From positions 96,001-160,000 of the forward strand of contig CBDBMJ010000001.1 of assembly GCA_965207455.1 (NCBI GenBank): a stretch of DNA of 64,000 bases, read 5' to 3'. Each line of letters opens with the position of its first letter. Positions within the stretch are counted from its first letter, which is position 1. The stretch is from Bdellovibrionota bacterium (GTDB lineage: Bacteria > Bdellovibrionota > UBA1018 > CAIPTA01 > JAALKR01). The notes under the pieces are model-generated. The model did no database searches. It was not told the origin of the DNA and saw only the letters and a list, made by a program, of their open reading frames with translations. Shown here in pieces: positions 9,669-19,990 of the stretch. The position numbers and the translations under genes were made by a program.

Positions 9669-10265
9669 ATGAAAATAATAACACTATTAATAGGAACTAT
9701 AATAGCACTGGGTAACCCCACTGCATTTGCTGATGTGCGAGTCGACAGAAAAATGAGCAAACCTACACTTTATGCTTTACCTCTATTGAGTCAACAAAAC
9801 GAAAACAACAGCGATGGATTAAAAAGAATTAATTTAAATGATGTTCAATCTACAGGTAGCTCTGATAGATTAAACCATTGGTTGTGTTCGCAATTGAGTC
9901 AAATGCTACAAATAATATCTACTGACAGCTTCCTTCTTTTATCGAGTCCATGCCGACAATGGAGCGGTAGTGGTTATATTTTAACAAATATAAGAGCACT
10001 TATCCTACCCCCTGATTTCGATAACGGAAACAATATCGACGATACAGGTGAAGTAGAGGAGATTAATTTAAATGATGTTCAGTCTACCGGCAGTTCCGAT
10101 AGATTAAATTATTGGTTGTGTTCGCGAATGATTCAAATGCTACAGATAATATCTACTAACAGACTTCGTTTTGTATCAGGTTCATGTCAAGGATGGTCCG
10201 GCGGTGGCTATATTTTGCAAAATATAAAAGCACTTATTCTGCCTGCTGATTCCGATAAAAATTAA
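9669..10265 (+). CDS. Secreted protein with two tandem Cys-containing repeats
   Basis: Signal peptide; INLNDVQSTGSSDRLN.WLCS...GYIL.NI.ALILP occurs twice; AAGGAG RBS. Confidence 0.8.
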   Translation: MKIITLLIGTIIALGNPTAFADVRVDRKMSKPTLYALPLLSQQNENNSDGLKRINLNDVQSTGSSDRLNHWLCSQLSQMLQIISTDSFLLLSSPCRQWSGSGYILTNIRALILPPDFDNGNNIDDTGEVEEINLNDVQSTGSSDRLNYWLCSRMIQMLQIISTNRLRFVSGSCQGWSGGGYILQNIKALILPADSDKN

Positions 10266-10293
10266 TAATGATAACACTGCTTAGTTTTTAGGC

Positions 10294-11184
10294 TTAAATG
10301 CAAAAAGCAGTGTCCGTTTTTTCGGGAAAGATCAGATAAGCATTGCCTTCCTCGATAGTATTAATCTGTTGTAAGCGCATAGCTTTTAGCAAGCGGTCCT
10401 GTAGGGTTCTATTCACTCTCTCCACTCGACCCTTAGCTTGAGGAGAATAGGCATTAATAGACTTAATACCTAGCTCATGTAAAACAGAACCAAACTGAGT
10501 GTACTTAACACCTTGGTTCCTTTTTTCAGAGGTAGCTACCGAGAATATTCCATGTCTATCGTGGTAAAAAGCTCTGGGAATCCCATATTTTTTTATATAT
10601 TTTTCCAAACACTCCATGTATGCAAAGGCTGTTTCAGCAGGAGAAAAATGGCATATTATCTTGCTGCTAGCATCGTCTACAAAAACAATCAAACAGCACT
10701 TAGGGCCTCTTTTCTCAAACCAAGCATGATGGGATCCATCTATTTGCACCAATTCACCACTCCCTTCTCTCCGTTCACGATAAGAGTGTATTCGTTTTGA
10801 TTTCGATTTACGAGGTTCCCATAAACCCCAATCCGTCATCCATTTTCTTAACGTTTCCTTGGAAATTTCAGTCTCAAATTTCTCTAACAAAGTCTCCGAC
10901 ATCAAAGTGGGTCCAAAGCCCTTATATTTTTTTTCACTAACAATCTTATTTATATAATCCTTAAAATCATCCGTGAGTTTTCTTGCGTTTGGCTTTCCAA
11001 CTCGCTTCGGAGCTAAAGCGCCAATACCATCATTGTCATACCTCTTGAAAAGGCGATTCACCCATTCCCGGCCTAAACCAAGCCTCCCAGCAGCCTCTGA
11101 TTGCGTTATCAGCCCTGACGAAATGTCCTGCATTGCCTTCTCCCTATCTCTGACTTTTTTTGTCATTTTAATCACCTTCTCCAT
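10294..11184 (-). pseudogene. ISNCY (IS1202-like) DDE transposase, C-terminally truncated
   Basis: FGPTL, GELVQIDGSHH.W, VDDASS, SPQAKGRVER..RTLQDRL; ends abruptly after TIEEGNAY at an IS3-like end. Confidence 0.85.
10310..10334. mobile_element. Solo IS3-family-like terminal repeat
   Basis: Reverse strand TGATCTTTCCCGAAAAAACGGACAC, TG...GGACAC pattern of IS3 ends; 24/25 identical to 44718-44742. Confidence 0.55.
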
Positions 11185-11235
11185 TTGATGCGCCTCCCTA
11201 TTAAGTTGTTAATAATAAAGAAGATTATACACCGT

Positions 11236-11324
11236 GGTGTGATCTTTCCTTTTGCTAAGGTGTGATCTTTCCTTTTGCTAAGGTGTGATTTTTCCTTTTG
11301 CTAAGGTGTGATTTTTCCTTTTGC
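11236..11324. repeat. About 4 tandem copies of 23-bp GGTGTGATYTTTCCTTTTGCTAA upstream of the transposase
   Basis: Units start at 11236, 11259, 11282, 11305; no spacers. Confidence 0.9.
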
Positions 11325-11348
11325 CCCTAAAAAAAATGAAAAAAAGTA

Positions 11349-11378
11349 TTGACACTAGATAGCAGGTCAGATTATTGT
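11349..11378 (+). promoter_or_regulatory. sigma70-type promoter TTGACA-N18-TATTGT with upstream A-tracts
   Basis: Consensus match; identical inverted copy at 44344-44373. Confidence 0.65.
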
Positions 11379-11508
11379 GCCTCTCATAAAGGAGTCGCGC
11401 AGTGTGTCTCTTAATAATAGAATAGAAAGGAAAATAGTTATGAAAAATATAAAAAATATAATGATAGTAGGAAGCCTAGTAGCGGCTTTATGTTCAAATG
11501 CTACTTTA

Positions 11509-11565
11509 GCAGAAGCAGAAGCAGAAGCAGAAGTAGAAGTAGAAGCAGAAGTAGAAGTAGAAGTA
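11509..11565 (+). repeat. Hexamer microsatellite (GYAGAA)x9 encoding (A/V)E
   Basis: Seen directly after the signal peptide. Confidence 0.9.
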
Positions 11566-11881
11566 AATCCATATGCAGGATTTAGTCTTGGTCCCCAATT
11601 CATATGCGAGACTCAGTCAGCTGTTGTTCGTCCAGATTTTTATAAGCCAACTCAGCGGACTAAGTTTGTACTGGAATATGAATATAAGGAAGGAGAACCA
11701 TATAAAGAAAACCGAAGATTTGCTGACCTAGTAATTAATGGAGACAGAGCTTCTAATTGTGAACTAACTTGGGGAGAGCCTTGGCTGAAAGAATCCGGGC
11801 TAAACCATTCATTTACAGTAGACTTAGCTTCTATTTATTGTAGAGGATCTGAAGCAGATTTGTTTTAAAACCCATGGAGGT

Positions 11882-12024
11882 TCGCTCAACATCCCAGGCG
11901 CTAGCTACTCTGTGCTTTATCATCTTACTCCAGAAAATGAAGCTAAAGGTCGATCGCTCAACATCCCAGGCGCTAGCTACTTGTGCTTTATCATCTTACT
12001 CCAGAAAATGAAGCTAAAGGTCGA
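11882..12024. repeat. Tandem duplication, 72 bp + 71 bp
   Basis: 11882-11953 and 11954-12024 are identical except for one missing C. Confidence 0.92.
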
Positions 12025-12241
12025 TCTATTGGCTCATTTCAGAGATTAGCCACTTACTATGACTGTAATTATTCTGGGGCGGTTCTTTTTTGATATAATA
12101 TTAAGTGTTCGTACACTTATTGAATCGCAAATGATGTGAAAAGATGCAGAGACTTATAGTGTAAAAAAGAACTTAGTCTTTAGCAGTGAATTCAGTAAAA
12201 AATAATCTAAGTGCGAAGAATACAGGGATAGAGATTATATT

Positions 12242-12520
12242 CTATTCCTGTATTTTTGTTTTATACTTTTCTTCGATTTGACGTATATAATCAGTGATAA
12301 TAAACTCAATTAAATACCCAATGCGAAAACCTCCTTTTTTACAGTGCTCATGAAAGGTTTTCCAGTCTTTTTCAAGAATTAAAAAAGTGCTAGTGCCACG
12401 GTCTTTAAAGCCGAGCATTTCCAGTTTTAGTTTTTTTTGCTCTTCGAAGATTTTATTTGATTGCTGTATCAAATCCTCGAGAACATCGCTTGTAGCAAGT
12501 CCTTCCTTAGCACAAGCCAA
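12242..12520 (-). CDS. Small hypothetical protein, possible ribbon-helix-helix type, possibly 5' truncated
   Basis: STFLI...WKTF..HC.K.G..IG.LIE..I.DY pattern; weak start. Confidence 0.4.
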   Translation of the reverse strand: MACAKEGLATSDVLEDLIQQSNKIFEEQKKLKLEMLGFKDRGTSTFLILEKDWKTFHEHCKKGGFRIGYLIEFIITDYIRQIEEKYKTKIQE

Positions 12521-12528
12521 CCCCTTAT

Positions 12529-13503
12529 TTAAAAATTGACTAAAACACCCGCATGTAGAATAGTGCCTGAAAGACTGGAGTCGAAACTCGTGTTGTTAAT
12601 TTCTGTGTTGAAACTACTTTTAAGTTCTTTTAGGAAACTCAAATCAAGATAAGCTAAATCTTGTAATTTAAATTTTACATTACCAGAAAAGCTAAGTGAT
12701 GTGAAAGACTCTGTTTTAAATGAGATCTGATCCGTTGTAGTAGTTGATTCTCCATTAATCTTTGCTTTAAAATTAACGGAAAAGGTTGCTGATTTTATTT
12801 TTAAAACTCGCAATGATCCATATCCAGAAATTAAACTAGATGATGATATTCCTCTATCTTTGGATTCTCCAATGCTGAGAGCCTCTAGGCCCACAGACCA
12901 AGGAAGTGAAATGTTTTTACTTCTTCCAAACACAACGCCTACTCCAAAATCAGTTCTGCCAAAAGCGGCATTGTCGTTTCTTGCTTCCTGTAGCTTAGGT
13001 GAAAAAGCAAGATAGGTATTAAAATTATTATTATTCTTTAAAGCGAGAATATTATTTAAATCAAAAATTACGGAAAAATAAGGATCCAAGAGTCCAGTTA
13101 TTTTAGAAGTTTCTTCTGTAGTTTCATTAAATTCCGTAGTCTTGAGATTTCTACTCAATACAATATCAGCACTGAATTGAAGCGCAACTTTGTCACTAAT
13201 AGCATAAATGCTTCCAATATTTATTCCGGTTACATCAGTCTCTGACTCAGGGGTATTGCCAAACGTTGTGGTTCCAGATGCTGAATAATACCTAAGTAGA
13301 TCAATGGAAACGCCTTTTTTGGGAAATACTGTTACGATTTCTCTTTCTTTAGGAAAGAGTACTAAATTTTCTGTTGCCTCAGGATCTTTTAGTTTCCAGC
13401 CATTACGGGATTTTGCATGAACAAGGTTTCCTTGAGCGAAACTAAACGTTAGGAACGTGATAAATATACTTGCAATTATTGTTTCCATTTTATTTTTAGA
13501 CAT
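12529..13503 (-). CDS. Outer-membrane beta-barrel protein
   Basis: Signal peptide, amphipathic beta strands, C-terminal Phe; GAGGAGG RBS before ATG 13503. Confidence 0.75.
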   Translation of the reverse strand: MSKNKMETIIASIFITFLTFSFAQGNLVHAKSRNGWKLKDPEATENLVLFPKEREIVTVFPKKGVSIDLLRYYSASGTTTFGNTPESETDVTGINIGSIYAISDKVALQFSADIVLSRNLKTTEFNETTEETSKITGLLDPYFSVIFDLNNILALKNNNNFNTYLAFSPKLQEARNDNAAFGRTDFGVGVVFGRSKNISLPWSVGLEALSIGESKDRGISSSSLISGYGSLRVLKIKSATFSVNFKAKINGESTTTTDQISFKTESFTSLSFSGNVKFKLQDLAYLDLSFLKELKSSFNTEINNTSFDSSLSGTILHAGVLVNF

Positions 13504-13680
13504 AATATTCCTCCTCAGGGTAAATAACATTATTAACTACGTACAACTTACTACAATTATTTTAATACTAATACCTTATTTTAACACTGCTTTTCTTTAA
13601 AAAAGTTATAAAATTTGTTGAAATATCGTCGAATTTCCTATGCGGAACCGTTTAAATCGTGCTTTAGAAGGCTTTTTGCT

Positions 13681-13707
13681 GAAATTTTTATCTGAATGTG
13701 CCGAGAG
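13681..13707 (+). promoter_or_regulatory. Possible sigma28 (FliA) promoter GAAA-N15-GCCGAGAG
   Basis: Resembles TAAA-N15-GCCGATAA; 6 nt before the ATG. Confidence 0.4.
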
Positions 13708-13713
13708 TAATGC

Positions 13714-14199
13714 ATGGGAAATATGTTTATTTTATTGTTAGGAATCTTGCCGGTGGTTTCCTTTGCAAAGGAAATCTGTGGTCACGATGAGGGGAATTTT
13801 CGTTGTGTTAGGTATATTAAGAATTATGATGCCGATACGGTTATGTTCGACATTCCAAACATCCATCCTCTTTTAGGGAGAAAGCTTAGTATTCGAGTGA
13901 GTGGAGTGGATGCCCCGGAGATAAAAACAAAAAATCAATGTGAAAAAAAGAAAGCTTTAAATGCCAAGAAGCTGGTTAGTGGGCTTTTAAGAAATGCAAA
14001 AAGAATTGATTTGGAAAATATTAAGCGGGGAAAATATTTCAGGGTTGTGGCGGATGTAAAGTTCGACGGGAAGTCTCTGTCCCACTATCTACTGAAGAAT
14101 GGCTTTGCATATTCCTATGATGGGGGAGCAAAGAGAAAAATAAACTGGTGTAAATCCTACCGTGAAATTGCTTCCGAAAGTCGAAACCGTAACAGGTAA
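13714..14199 (+). CDS. Secreted thermonuclease (SNase-like)
   Basis: YDADT, IRVSGVDAPE, GKYFRVVADV, LLKNGFA..Y motifs. Confidence 0.92.
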   Translation: MGNMFILLLGILPVVSFAKEICGHDEGNFRCVRYIKNYDADTVMFDIPNIHPLLGRKLSIRVSGVDAPEIKTKNQCEKKKALNAKKLVSGLLRNAKRIDLENIKRGKYFRVVADVKFDGKSLSHYLLKNGFAYSYDGGAKRKINWCKSYREIASESRNRNR

Positions 14200-14523
14200 A
14201 AATTTATAATTGTTTACGATAGACCAACGCAAAACACCGAACAGCGGCTGGCGTTAAAATATACTGTCTTTATCGGTCGAGTGTAACTAATAGGAAAAAT
14301 TCAAAAAAAAAACCAACACTCTTTCATAAGTTTTAATTTACTTAACACGGTAAGCATATCCTTTTAATTCAACTAATTAAGTGTAAATTCAAAACTTTTA
14401 ACAAAGATAGCAATGCAGAGCGTCTTAAATTTTATTTTATTAACTTTGACATTAAATATTTGTTAGTATAAAAGTATTAGTAATATAGATAATACAGAAC
14501 TTAAATAAAAAAAGGGGGAAAAA

Positions 14524-15309
14524 ATGACAAATACAAAAATAGAAAAACAATATAGTAAATACAGGGGCTGTGCGTTAGCTCTTTGCCTATCCGTTGGGTT
14601 TTTATTCACGGTAATGGCTAAGGCTGAAGAACGGATTTCTTTAGACGTACATAGTAAATATAGAAAAGGCGACTCCATTGGGTTAAAGGCTCTAGTTAAT
14701 GAGCAATACGGGCAGGGTTATCTGAAGGGCAGAAAGCTATTGTATGTAGATGTTAAGGGAGAGAGCCTCAAGAGGAACAGAAAAGCAAAAGTGAAATTAA
14801 TAGTAGATGGTCATTTGCAGAGCGATGAGCAATTGATGATGTTTCTCGAAAGAGTTCGCTTGTCTAATAATAGCCGGGCTACTTCTGCATGGAAGCTAAA
14901 AATAGCTGAAGGGCCAGCATATATAAAGGAGGTAACTCTTGTTGTGGATCGTGGAGGTGAACAGTTTTACACTATTCGAAGAGCTCATGGTTCATACAGA
15001 AGGGGAGATAAAATCCGATTGAAGAGATTACTCCATAACGAGCACAGTGTAAATCTGGAGAATAAGGTTCTAGTTAGAGTTGAGCTTCGAGCAAAAAGCC
15101 GGAGTTTCCTTAAGCGAGCCAAACTAGCACTTTATATTGGTAACCGAAGGGTTATGGAAGGTAAGGTTCAGTCCTTTAAGCGAGAGTGGGAGCGTCTACA
15201 CAATAAAAAGCATATCCGTGGGAAGAAATGGTATGTGGAGGTTACTCGCAGTTCTGTAGATATTGGCGATATTGTAGTGGTGATGAGGAAAAAATCAGGT
15301 CGTCGCTGA
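14524..15309 (+). CDS. Basic secreted protein with two homologous domains
   Basis: Signal peptide; H..YR.GD.I.LK.L...AK..L pattern occurs twice. Confidence 0.75.
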   Translation: MTNTKIEKQYSKYRGCALALCLSVGFLFTVMAKAEERISLDVHSKYRKGDSIGLKALVNEQYGQGYLKGRKLLYVDVKGESLKRNRKAKVKLIVDGHLQSDEQLMMFLERVRLSNNSRATSAWKLKIAEGPAYIKEVTLVVDRGGEQFYTIRRAHGSYRRGDKIRLKRLLHNEHSVNLENKVLVRVELRAKSRSFLKRAKLALYIGNRRVMEGKVQSFKREWERLHNKKHIRGKKWYVEVTRSSVDIGDIVVVMRKKSGRR

Positions 15310-15332
15310 ATTTACTGTAATTTCTTTGTTAT

Positions 15333-15362
15333 GGCAGCCAGTTCTTTATTGGACTAGCTGCC
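15333..15362. terminator. Hairpin between convergent genes
   Basis: GGCAGCCAGTTC...GGACTAGCTGCC. Confidence 0.6.
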
Positions 15363-15379
15363 TAACAAACTAGCTATTT

Positions 15380-16066
15380 TTATTTTTCTTTTTTTATCAA
15401 TGCGGAAGCAAGCACAGCAGAGGGAATAGATACAATTCCCAAGCTAAGCATCAAAATAACAAAAGTGAAAACTCTTCCTCCCACAGTTATGGGATATACG
15501 TCGCCATAGCCCACGGTGGTAAGAGTTACCATAGCCCACCATAGGGAATGAATCACAGAACGGAAATGCTCAGGCTGGGCATCTCGCTCAAAGTAATAAA
15601 TGCCGATGGCTGACAAATAAATAATAGTGAGTGTTGTGACTAAATAAACAAATACCTCTCCCTTTACCTCATCTGCAATATGCCTTAAACGCTGAAGGGA
15701 CTTGGAGTAACGAAAATACTTCATTAGTATAAATAAACGGAAAATTCGCAAAGTTCGTAAATCTACGGAACCACCGCTGAGGAAAAAGGGAAGTAGGGCA
15801 CCCAAATCTATTAATCCATAAAAACTGAAAATAAACCCTATTTTTTTTTCAGTTACTAAAATTCTCAAAAAATATTCCAATACAAAAATAAAAGTAATTA
15901 CAAGTTCCAATTTATACAACAAAGGGAACCAAGCCGACGCCTCGGGTAAGGTTTCAATGGATATGGAAATAACGGAAATAAAAATTAAGGTGCGAAAAAA
16001 TCGGTCAAACAGTTTTCCCTCAAAGGTGCTCGTGCTGTTCACTATTGATCGTAGTCGCTGAATCAC
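15380..16066 (-). CDS. Voltage-gated potassium channel (ion transporter)
   Basis: TTVGYGD selectivity filter, S4-like LRTLRIFRLF. Confidence 0.93.
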   Translation of the reverse strand: MIQRLRSIVNSTSTFEGKLFDRFFRTLIFISVISISIETLPEASAWFPLLYKLELVITFIFVLEYFLRILVTEKKIGFIFSFYGLIDLGALLPFFLSGGSVDLRTLRIFRLFILMKYFRYSKSLQRLRHIADEVKGEVFVYLVTTLTIIYLSAIGIYYFERDAQPEHFRSVIHSLWWAMVTLTTVGYGDVYPITVGGRVFTFVILMLSLGIVSIPSAVLASALIKKEK

Positions 16067-16180
16067 ACTTTATTACATCATGGGAGAGACATTTAAACAT
16101 GGCATGGGGCGTGAGCGCCCCAGTTGCCATAGTTTATAAGCACAGGAAAAGTAAACTATCTCTTCTTACTTTAGATCTAT

Positions 16181-17605
16181 TTATGGAAGTAGGGTTGGTG
16201 TGCGTTTAACAACTATTTTCACGTTTACACGACCGCCTAGGTGGTCAGATGACCAAAGTAACTTATCGCCAACCTTAACCCTATCTCGCTCGTCAGTCCC
16301 AAGCAGACTAGAAGATACTGTGCTTGTGTCTACAGTGGTGATAAACTCAGGTGATTCTTCTTCCTCCTCTTGGAATAGTTCATCAATAGATTTTTGCAAT
16401 CTCGAGTTCCAAGCATTCTGCGACATTTTTGTTTTATACTCGTCAAGGTTTCTTTCAAGCTCTCTCAATAATTTAAGATAACTGCTGTAGTCTGAGTACA
16501 TAATATAATCAATTTGACCATCACTCATGAAACCGTCCCCTATCAAATTTTCTTCACGACAGCAGGTTGAAACCTCAGTATCGGGATCGCTAACCAGATC
16601 CGTAAAGCAACCTTTATTTTGCATTATTTCATAGATGCTTCCTGGGGAAGAGTCAGATAAGTTAATTTTAGGAGAGTTTAGATCTCCCAATAAGAAAACA
16701 GGCGCTTTGGGGTTATTAATGTATTTCTTTCTTTTCAAGTAGGACATCAACTCTTCAGCCTGAGCGTTCCTGTCAAAGAATATATTTATATCTTGTAAGT
16801 GTGTGTTTACAACGGTAAAGCGAACTCCCTCCTTTTTTAGGACGGCTATACCCGCAGTGCGAGTAAATTCCAATAGGGTGCTACCAAAGATAGTCTTCTT
16901 TTTGTCATATCCAGTGAGATCTCCTATCAATAATGAAATTAAATTGACAGGGATATGTGTCCACAAACCTCTCTCCGGCCAGATGTTTATGGCAAATTGA
17001 TTTTTTTCTGAATATTCATACGACTCCCAGGATTCCACCTCAATGCCTGGTTTCACCAGAGTTACGTTGTCCAGGTTAAAGATGATTTTTTGTTTTGGGG
17101 GACAATCGGCACAGTAAGGAATTTTCAGCTGGGTTGCTTTGGAAATCAGATCCGTCATTTTACCATCGATCCTGTAAGTACTTATGTATTCCACGCCAGT
17201 AACTTCTTTTAGGGCTCTTTTCAGCTCATCTAGGAAGTCAACCTCTTTTGTTTTATTCCCATCCTTATCTGTTGTCCAGATCGTGATGACCTCTTGCAAA
17301 GCGATTACATCGGGAGCAGATTTGCCTAGACCATTTTCCGTTCTGCTCATGGAATTAGCAAGACCTGTTGCTCGATAAGGGAAATGAGTGTCCTTAATCC
17401 ATTTGAGAATGGTACTAGGGGCTTCGCCCTCAAGCAGCTTTCCTGCATCTGCTCCCAAATAAAGATTTTGGGTGACTAGGGATACATCAACAGACTGAAC
17501 TACTGAATCTTTTGTAGCCTCTACGGAACCACTAAAGAAACCACAGAAAAGGATCAAAGACAGACCCATTATTTTATCTACACTGACATTTTTATTACTA
17601 CTCAT
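16181..17605 (-). CDS. Secreted endonuclease/exonuclease/phosphatase (EEP) family protein
   Basis: TQNL, PDVIALQE, NTHL, GDLNS, IDYI, SDH motifs. Confidence 0.9.
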   Translation of the reverse strand: MSSNKNVSVDKIMGLSLILFCGFFSGSVEATKDSVVQSVDVSLVTQNLYLGADAGKLLEGEAPSTILKWIKDTHFPYRATGLANSMSRTENGLGKSAPDVIALQEVITIWTTDKDGNKTKEVDFLDELKRALKEVTGVEYISTYRIDGKMTDLISKATQLKIPYCADCPPKQKIIFNLDNVTLVKPGIEVESWESYEYSEKNQFAINIWPERGLWTHIPVNLISLLIGDLTGYDKKKTIFGSTLLEFTRTAGIAVLKKEGVRFTVVNTHLQDINIFFDRNAQAEELMSYLKRKKYINNPKAPVFLLGDLNSPKINLSDSSPGSIYEIMQNKGCFTDLVSDPDTEVSTCCREENLIGDGFMSDGQIDYIMYSDYSSYLKLLRELERNLDEYKTKMSQNAWNSRLQKSIDELFQEEEEESPEFITTVDTSTVSSSLLGTDERDRVKVGDKLLWSSDHLGGRVNVKIVVKRTPTLLP

Positions 17606-17905
17606 TACGATTACTCCTTTTTATTTGTTAATTCTATTCAATCGCTCCATTATAACAATCTTAACGCGATAAGTCAACCTATTTCTTGTTTTCCCGAATT
17701 TCGCAGGTTGACTCACAAAAAACGTCACCAAAATGGCTTTGAGAACAGTGAGTTACAGTTCAGTTGACTCATAATGCGGCTCAGAGTAAATATGAAAAAA
17801 AAATAATATATCGGAGATTGGGCTATAAATAAACAAAGCACAGACCAGTATGGCCTAAAAAATATAGATGAAGACACAGATAATACTTGACATTTTTAAG
17901 CAAGA

Positions 17906-19927
17906 ATGAGACAATGCGTTATCATGTTGAATATTCAACGGAAATGGAGTAAAGGATTGATGATGAGGCGAGTTATAGAAATTAGGAAGAAAAAGCATCG
18001 CAGGATAATTATAGGTATTTTTTCCCTTTTGATTCTTATTGTTAGCACGCCTGCCGCAGCAAATAAGAGAAATTGTAAAGTTTTAGCTGAATCTTATGAT
18101 TCCAAACTATACAAATGTGAAAATGTGAAAGTTGCTATCTTGAAAGGAGATTTTTCCCAGCGAACAAAGGATATGGGAAGTTTTTTTAAGAGCAAGTATA
18201 TGTCTTCTGATGTTATCGATTACTATGGAAACTTTCTAGACGGTCAGGAGAAATTGATTGCGGCCCTTAAAAAGCGGGTAGGAAATATTAAATATGATGA
18301 TGATCTACTCGATTGGAAAATACATGCATTAAAGGGCGCTTCCATTGAACAATCTCTTTTTTATAATAGGTATTTTAATTATTTTAATGATAGATGGTCA
18401 ACGCTTATTTCTAATACAGCCAAAGCTTATGGTATAGATAATAGTAAATTCACCGATGCTGTAACCCTTCCTGATTATATTGCCATGTATATAGCAAATA
18501 CAAGAAACAGCCCTCTAGTAATACCACTCCCACAACTTGGCTGTACAAGTGTATATAAAAAAATAGGTAAAAGTTCATTCTATGGACGAAATTTAGATTA
18601 TTTTGGTACAGGAGCTTGGGATCACTATCCTTTACTAACAATACATATCCCAAAGGAAAAAGATAGATTGCCTTATGCCGCTGTTGGAGCGGAGGGATGG
18701 TCCTATGGAGGTGTTACAGGTGTAAATAAAGAAGGGATTTTTCTTGCACTCCACATGAATCCTACCGATGAAGTAGCTAACGATTCTCTGCCCGTAGTCT
18801 TAATTGGTGATCAGCTTTTACAAAAGGCAAAAACTTTGGAAGAGGCCATTAACTTTTTGAAGAAAGAAGAAAATAGACCTGGTTCCATATGGACCTTTGT
18901 TGTTGGCTCTATCAAGGAACAAAAAATTTCTGCAATAGAAATATCTAGAAATCATTTTCATGAGAGAAAAATGGAGGGCTCAACCTTTACACAAACAAAT
19001 CATTTACAAGGAGAGGATACTAAAAAACATGAATGGATGCGTTCTTCTGATCTTTACGATTCCAGAGCACGCTATGATCACGCTTTCCGTGCATTACAAA
19101 AAAACACTCCATCATTTAATATAAACAATATTATTGATATTCTAGGTTACCAAGAAAAAACAGGTCTTGCTCAACCAGGGGATATTGCAAAAAGCATAAC
19201 ATTACAAACCATGCTCTTGGAGGGAGATGAGCACGAAAGGAAAATTTATCTATCCATGGACCCTGCTCCAAGCCCCACTGGACGTTATTTGAAACTCTCG
19301 CTTAATGAACTGTTTGAAGGAAAGCCGTCCTATGAGGTTCTGGAATCTAGGTTTCTTGAAAAAAGGGAAAGCCAAGAACGGGCAACCCTTGCCGCAAAAA
19401 ATTATCAAACAGATCATGATTTTAATGCGACCATTGAAACATTGGAGGACACGAAAGCCAAAAATGATGGGACTCTCAATCCATCTGAGATGCTCCTGCT
19501 TGCTAGTGCGTACTATAATTTAGGTCAATATAAAGAGAGCTTAGAAATTACAAAAGAAATTAGCACAGATTCCCTAATAACAAGTCTTCGTCAAGGAGTT
19601 CAGAGGCTGCGACTTTTAAGTTTAGTATTGATGGAAAATGAATCCACACAGGAGACAAGGATGAAAATCCTCCGTCAAAGAAATCGGAAGCAACTACCTT
19701 TTGAACTCGTATTGATGGAAAATAAATTTACACAGGATGCGAAAAATTATGCCAAGGCTTTGAGTAAACAGGAAGATAATAATAATGATCTAGAGGAGTT
19801 GATCTATCATGTTACTTACTTAAAGCCGGAAGACTTAAGCATCAAGGCGATAGCTGCATACTATAGCTTTTCAGCCAATACACTAACAGAGGACTTTCAG
19901 TATTCGTATCCCTCACAAGAGGAGTGA
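17906..19927 (+). CDS. Secreted C45-family Ntn-hydrolase/peptidase with C-terminal TPR-like region
   Basis: GCTS nucleophile, GRNLDY, TGVNKEGI, QTNH; start likely near 17960. Confidence 0.82.
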   Translation: MRQCVIMLNIQRKWSKGLMMRRVIEIRKKKHRRIIIGIFSLLILIVSTPAAANKRNCKVLAESYDSKLYKCENVKVAILKGDFSQRTKDMGSFFKSKYMSSDVIDYYGNFLDGQEKLIAALKKRVGNIKYDDDLLDWKIHALKGASIEQSLFYNRYFNYFNDRWSTLISNTAKAYGIDNSKFTDAVTLPDYIAMYIANTRNSPLVIPLPQLGCTSVYKKIGKSSFYGRNLDYFGTGAWDHYPLLTIHIPKEKDRLPYAAVGAEGWSYGGVTGVNKEGIFLALHMNPTDEVANDSLPVVLIGDQLLQKAKTLEEAINFLKKEENRPGSIWTFVVGSIKEQKISAIEISRNHFHERKMEGSTFTQTNHLQGEDTKKHEWMRSSDLYDSRARYDHAFRALQKNTPSFNINNIIDILGYQEKTGLAQPGDIAKSITLQTMLLEGDEHERKIYLSMDPAPSPTGRYLKLSLNELFEGKPSYEVLESRFLEKRESQERATLAAKNYQTDHDFNATIETLEDTKAKNDGTLNPSEMLLLASAYYNLGQYKESLEITKEISTDSLITSLRQGVQRLRLLSLVLMENESTQETRMKILRQRNRKQLPFELVLMENKFTQDAKNYAKALSKQEDNNNDLEELIYHVTYLKPEDLSIKAIAAYYSFSANTLTEDFQYSYPSQEE

Positions 19928-19990
19928 TTTTTTGGGCGGCTTTTTTTTTAGCTTTGCCCACTATTATTATTGTAAATAAATGGAGAAAGC

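Larger units (their letters stand above)
11440..12093 (+). pseudogene. Secreted protein gene disrupted by a frameshift (~11865) and a 72-bp duplication; ORF as read ends at 11868
   Basis: Signal peptide from ATG 11440; +1 frame continues KTHGGSLNIPGASY...; removing copy 2 of the duplication reads to TGA at 12093. Confidence 0.6.

Noticed and set aside
11236..11324. CRISPR array
   Set aside because: The 23-bp units are head-to-tail with no spacers; no cas genes
14221..14290. c-di-GMP-I riboswitch (ACGCAAAAC)
   Set aside because: Lacks the GGCAAAC...GAAA...GG P2 element and a convincing P3
17671..17771. Short GTTGACT inverted and direct repeats between divergent genes
   Set aside because: Only 9-bp matches in an AT-rich intergenic region; cannot be distinguished from chance or ordinary promoter boxes
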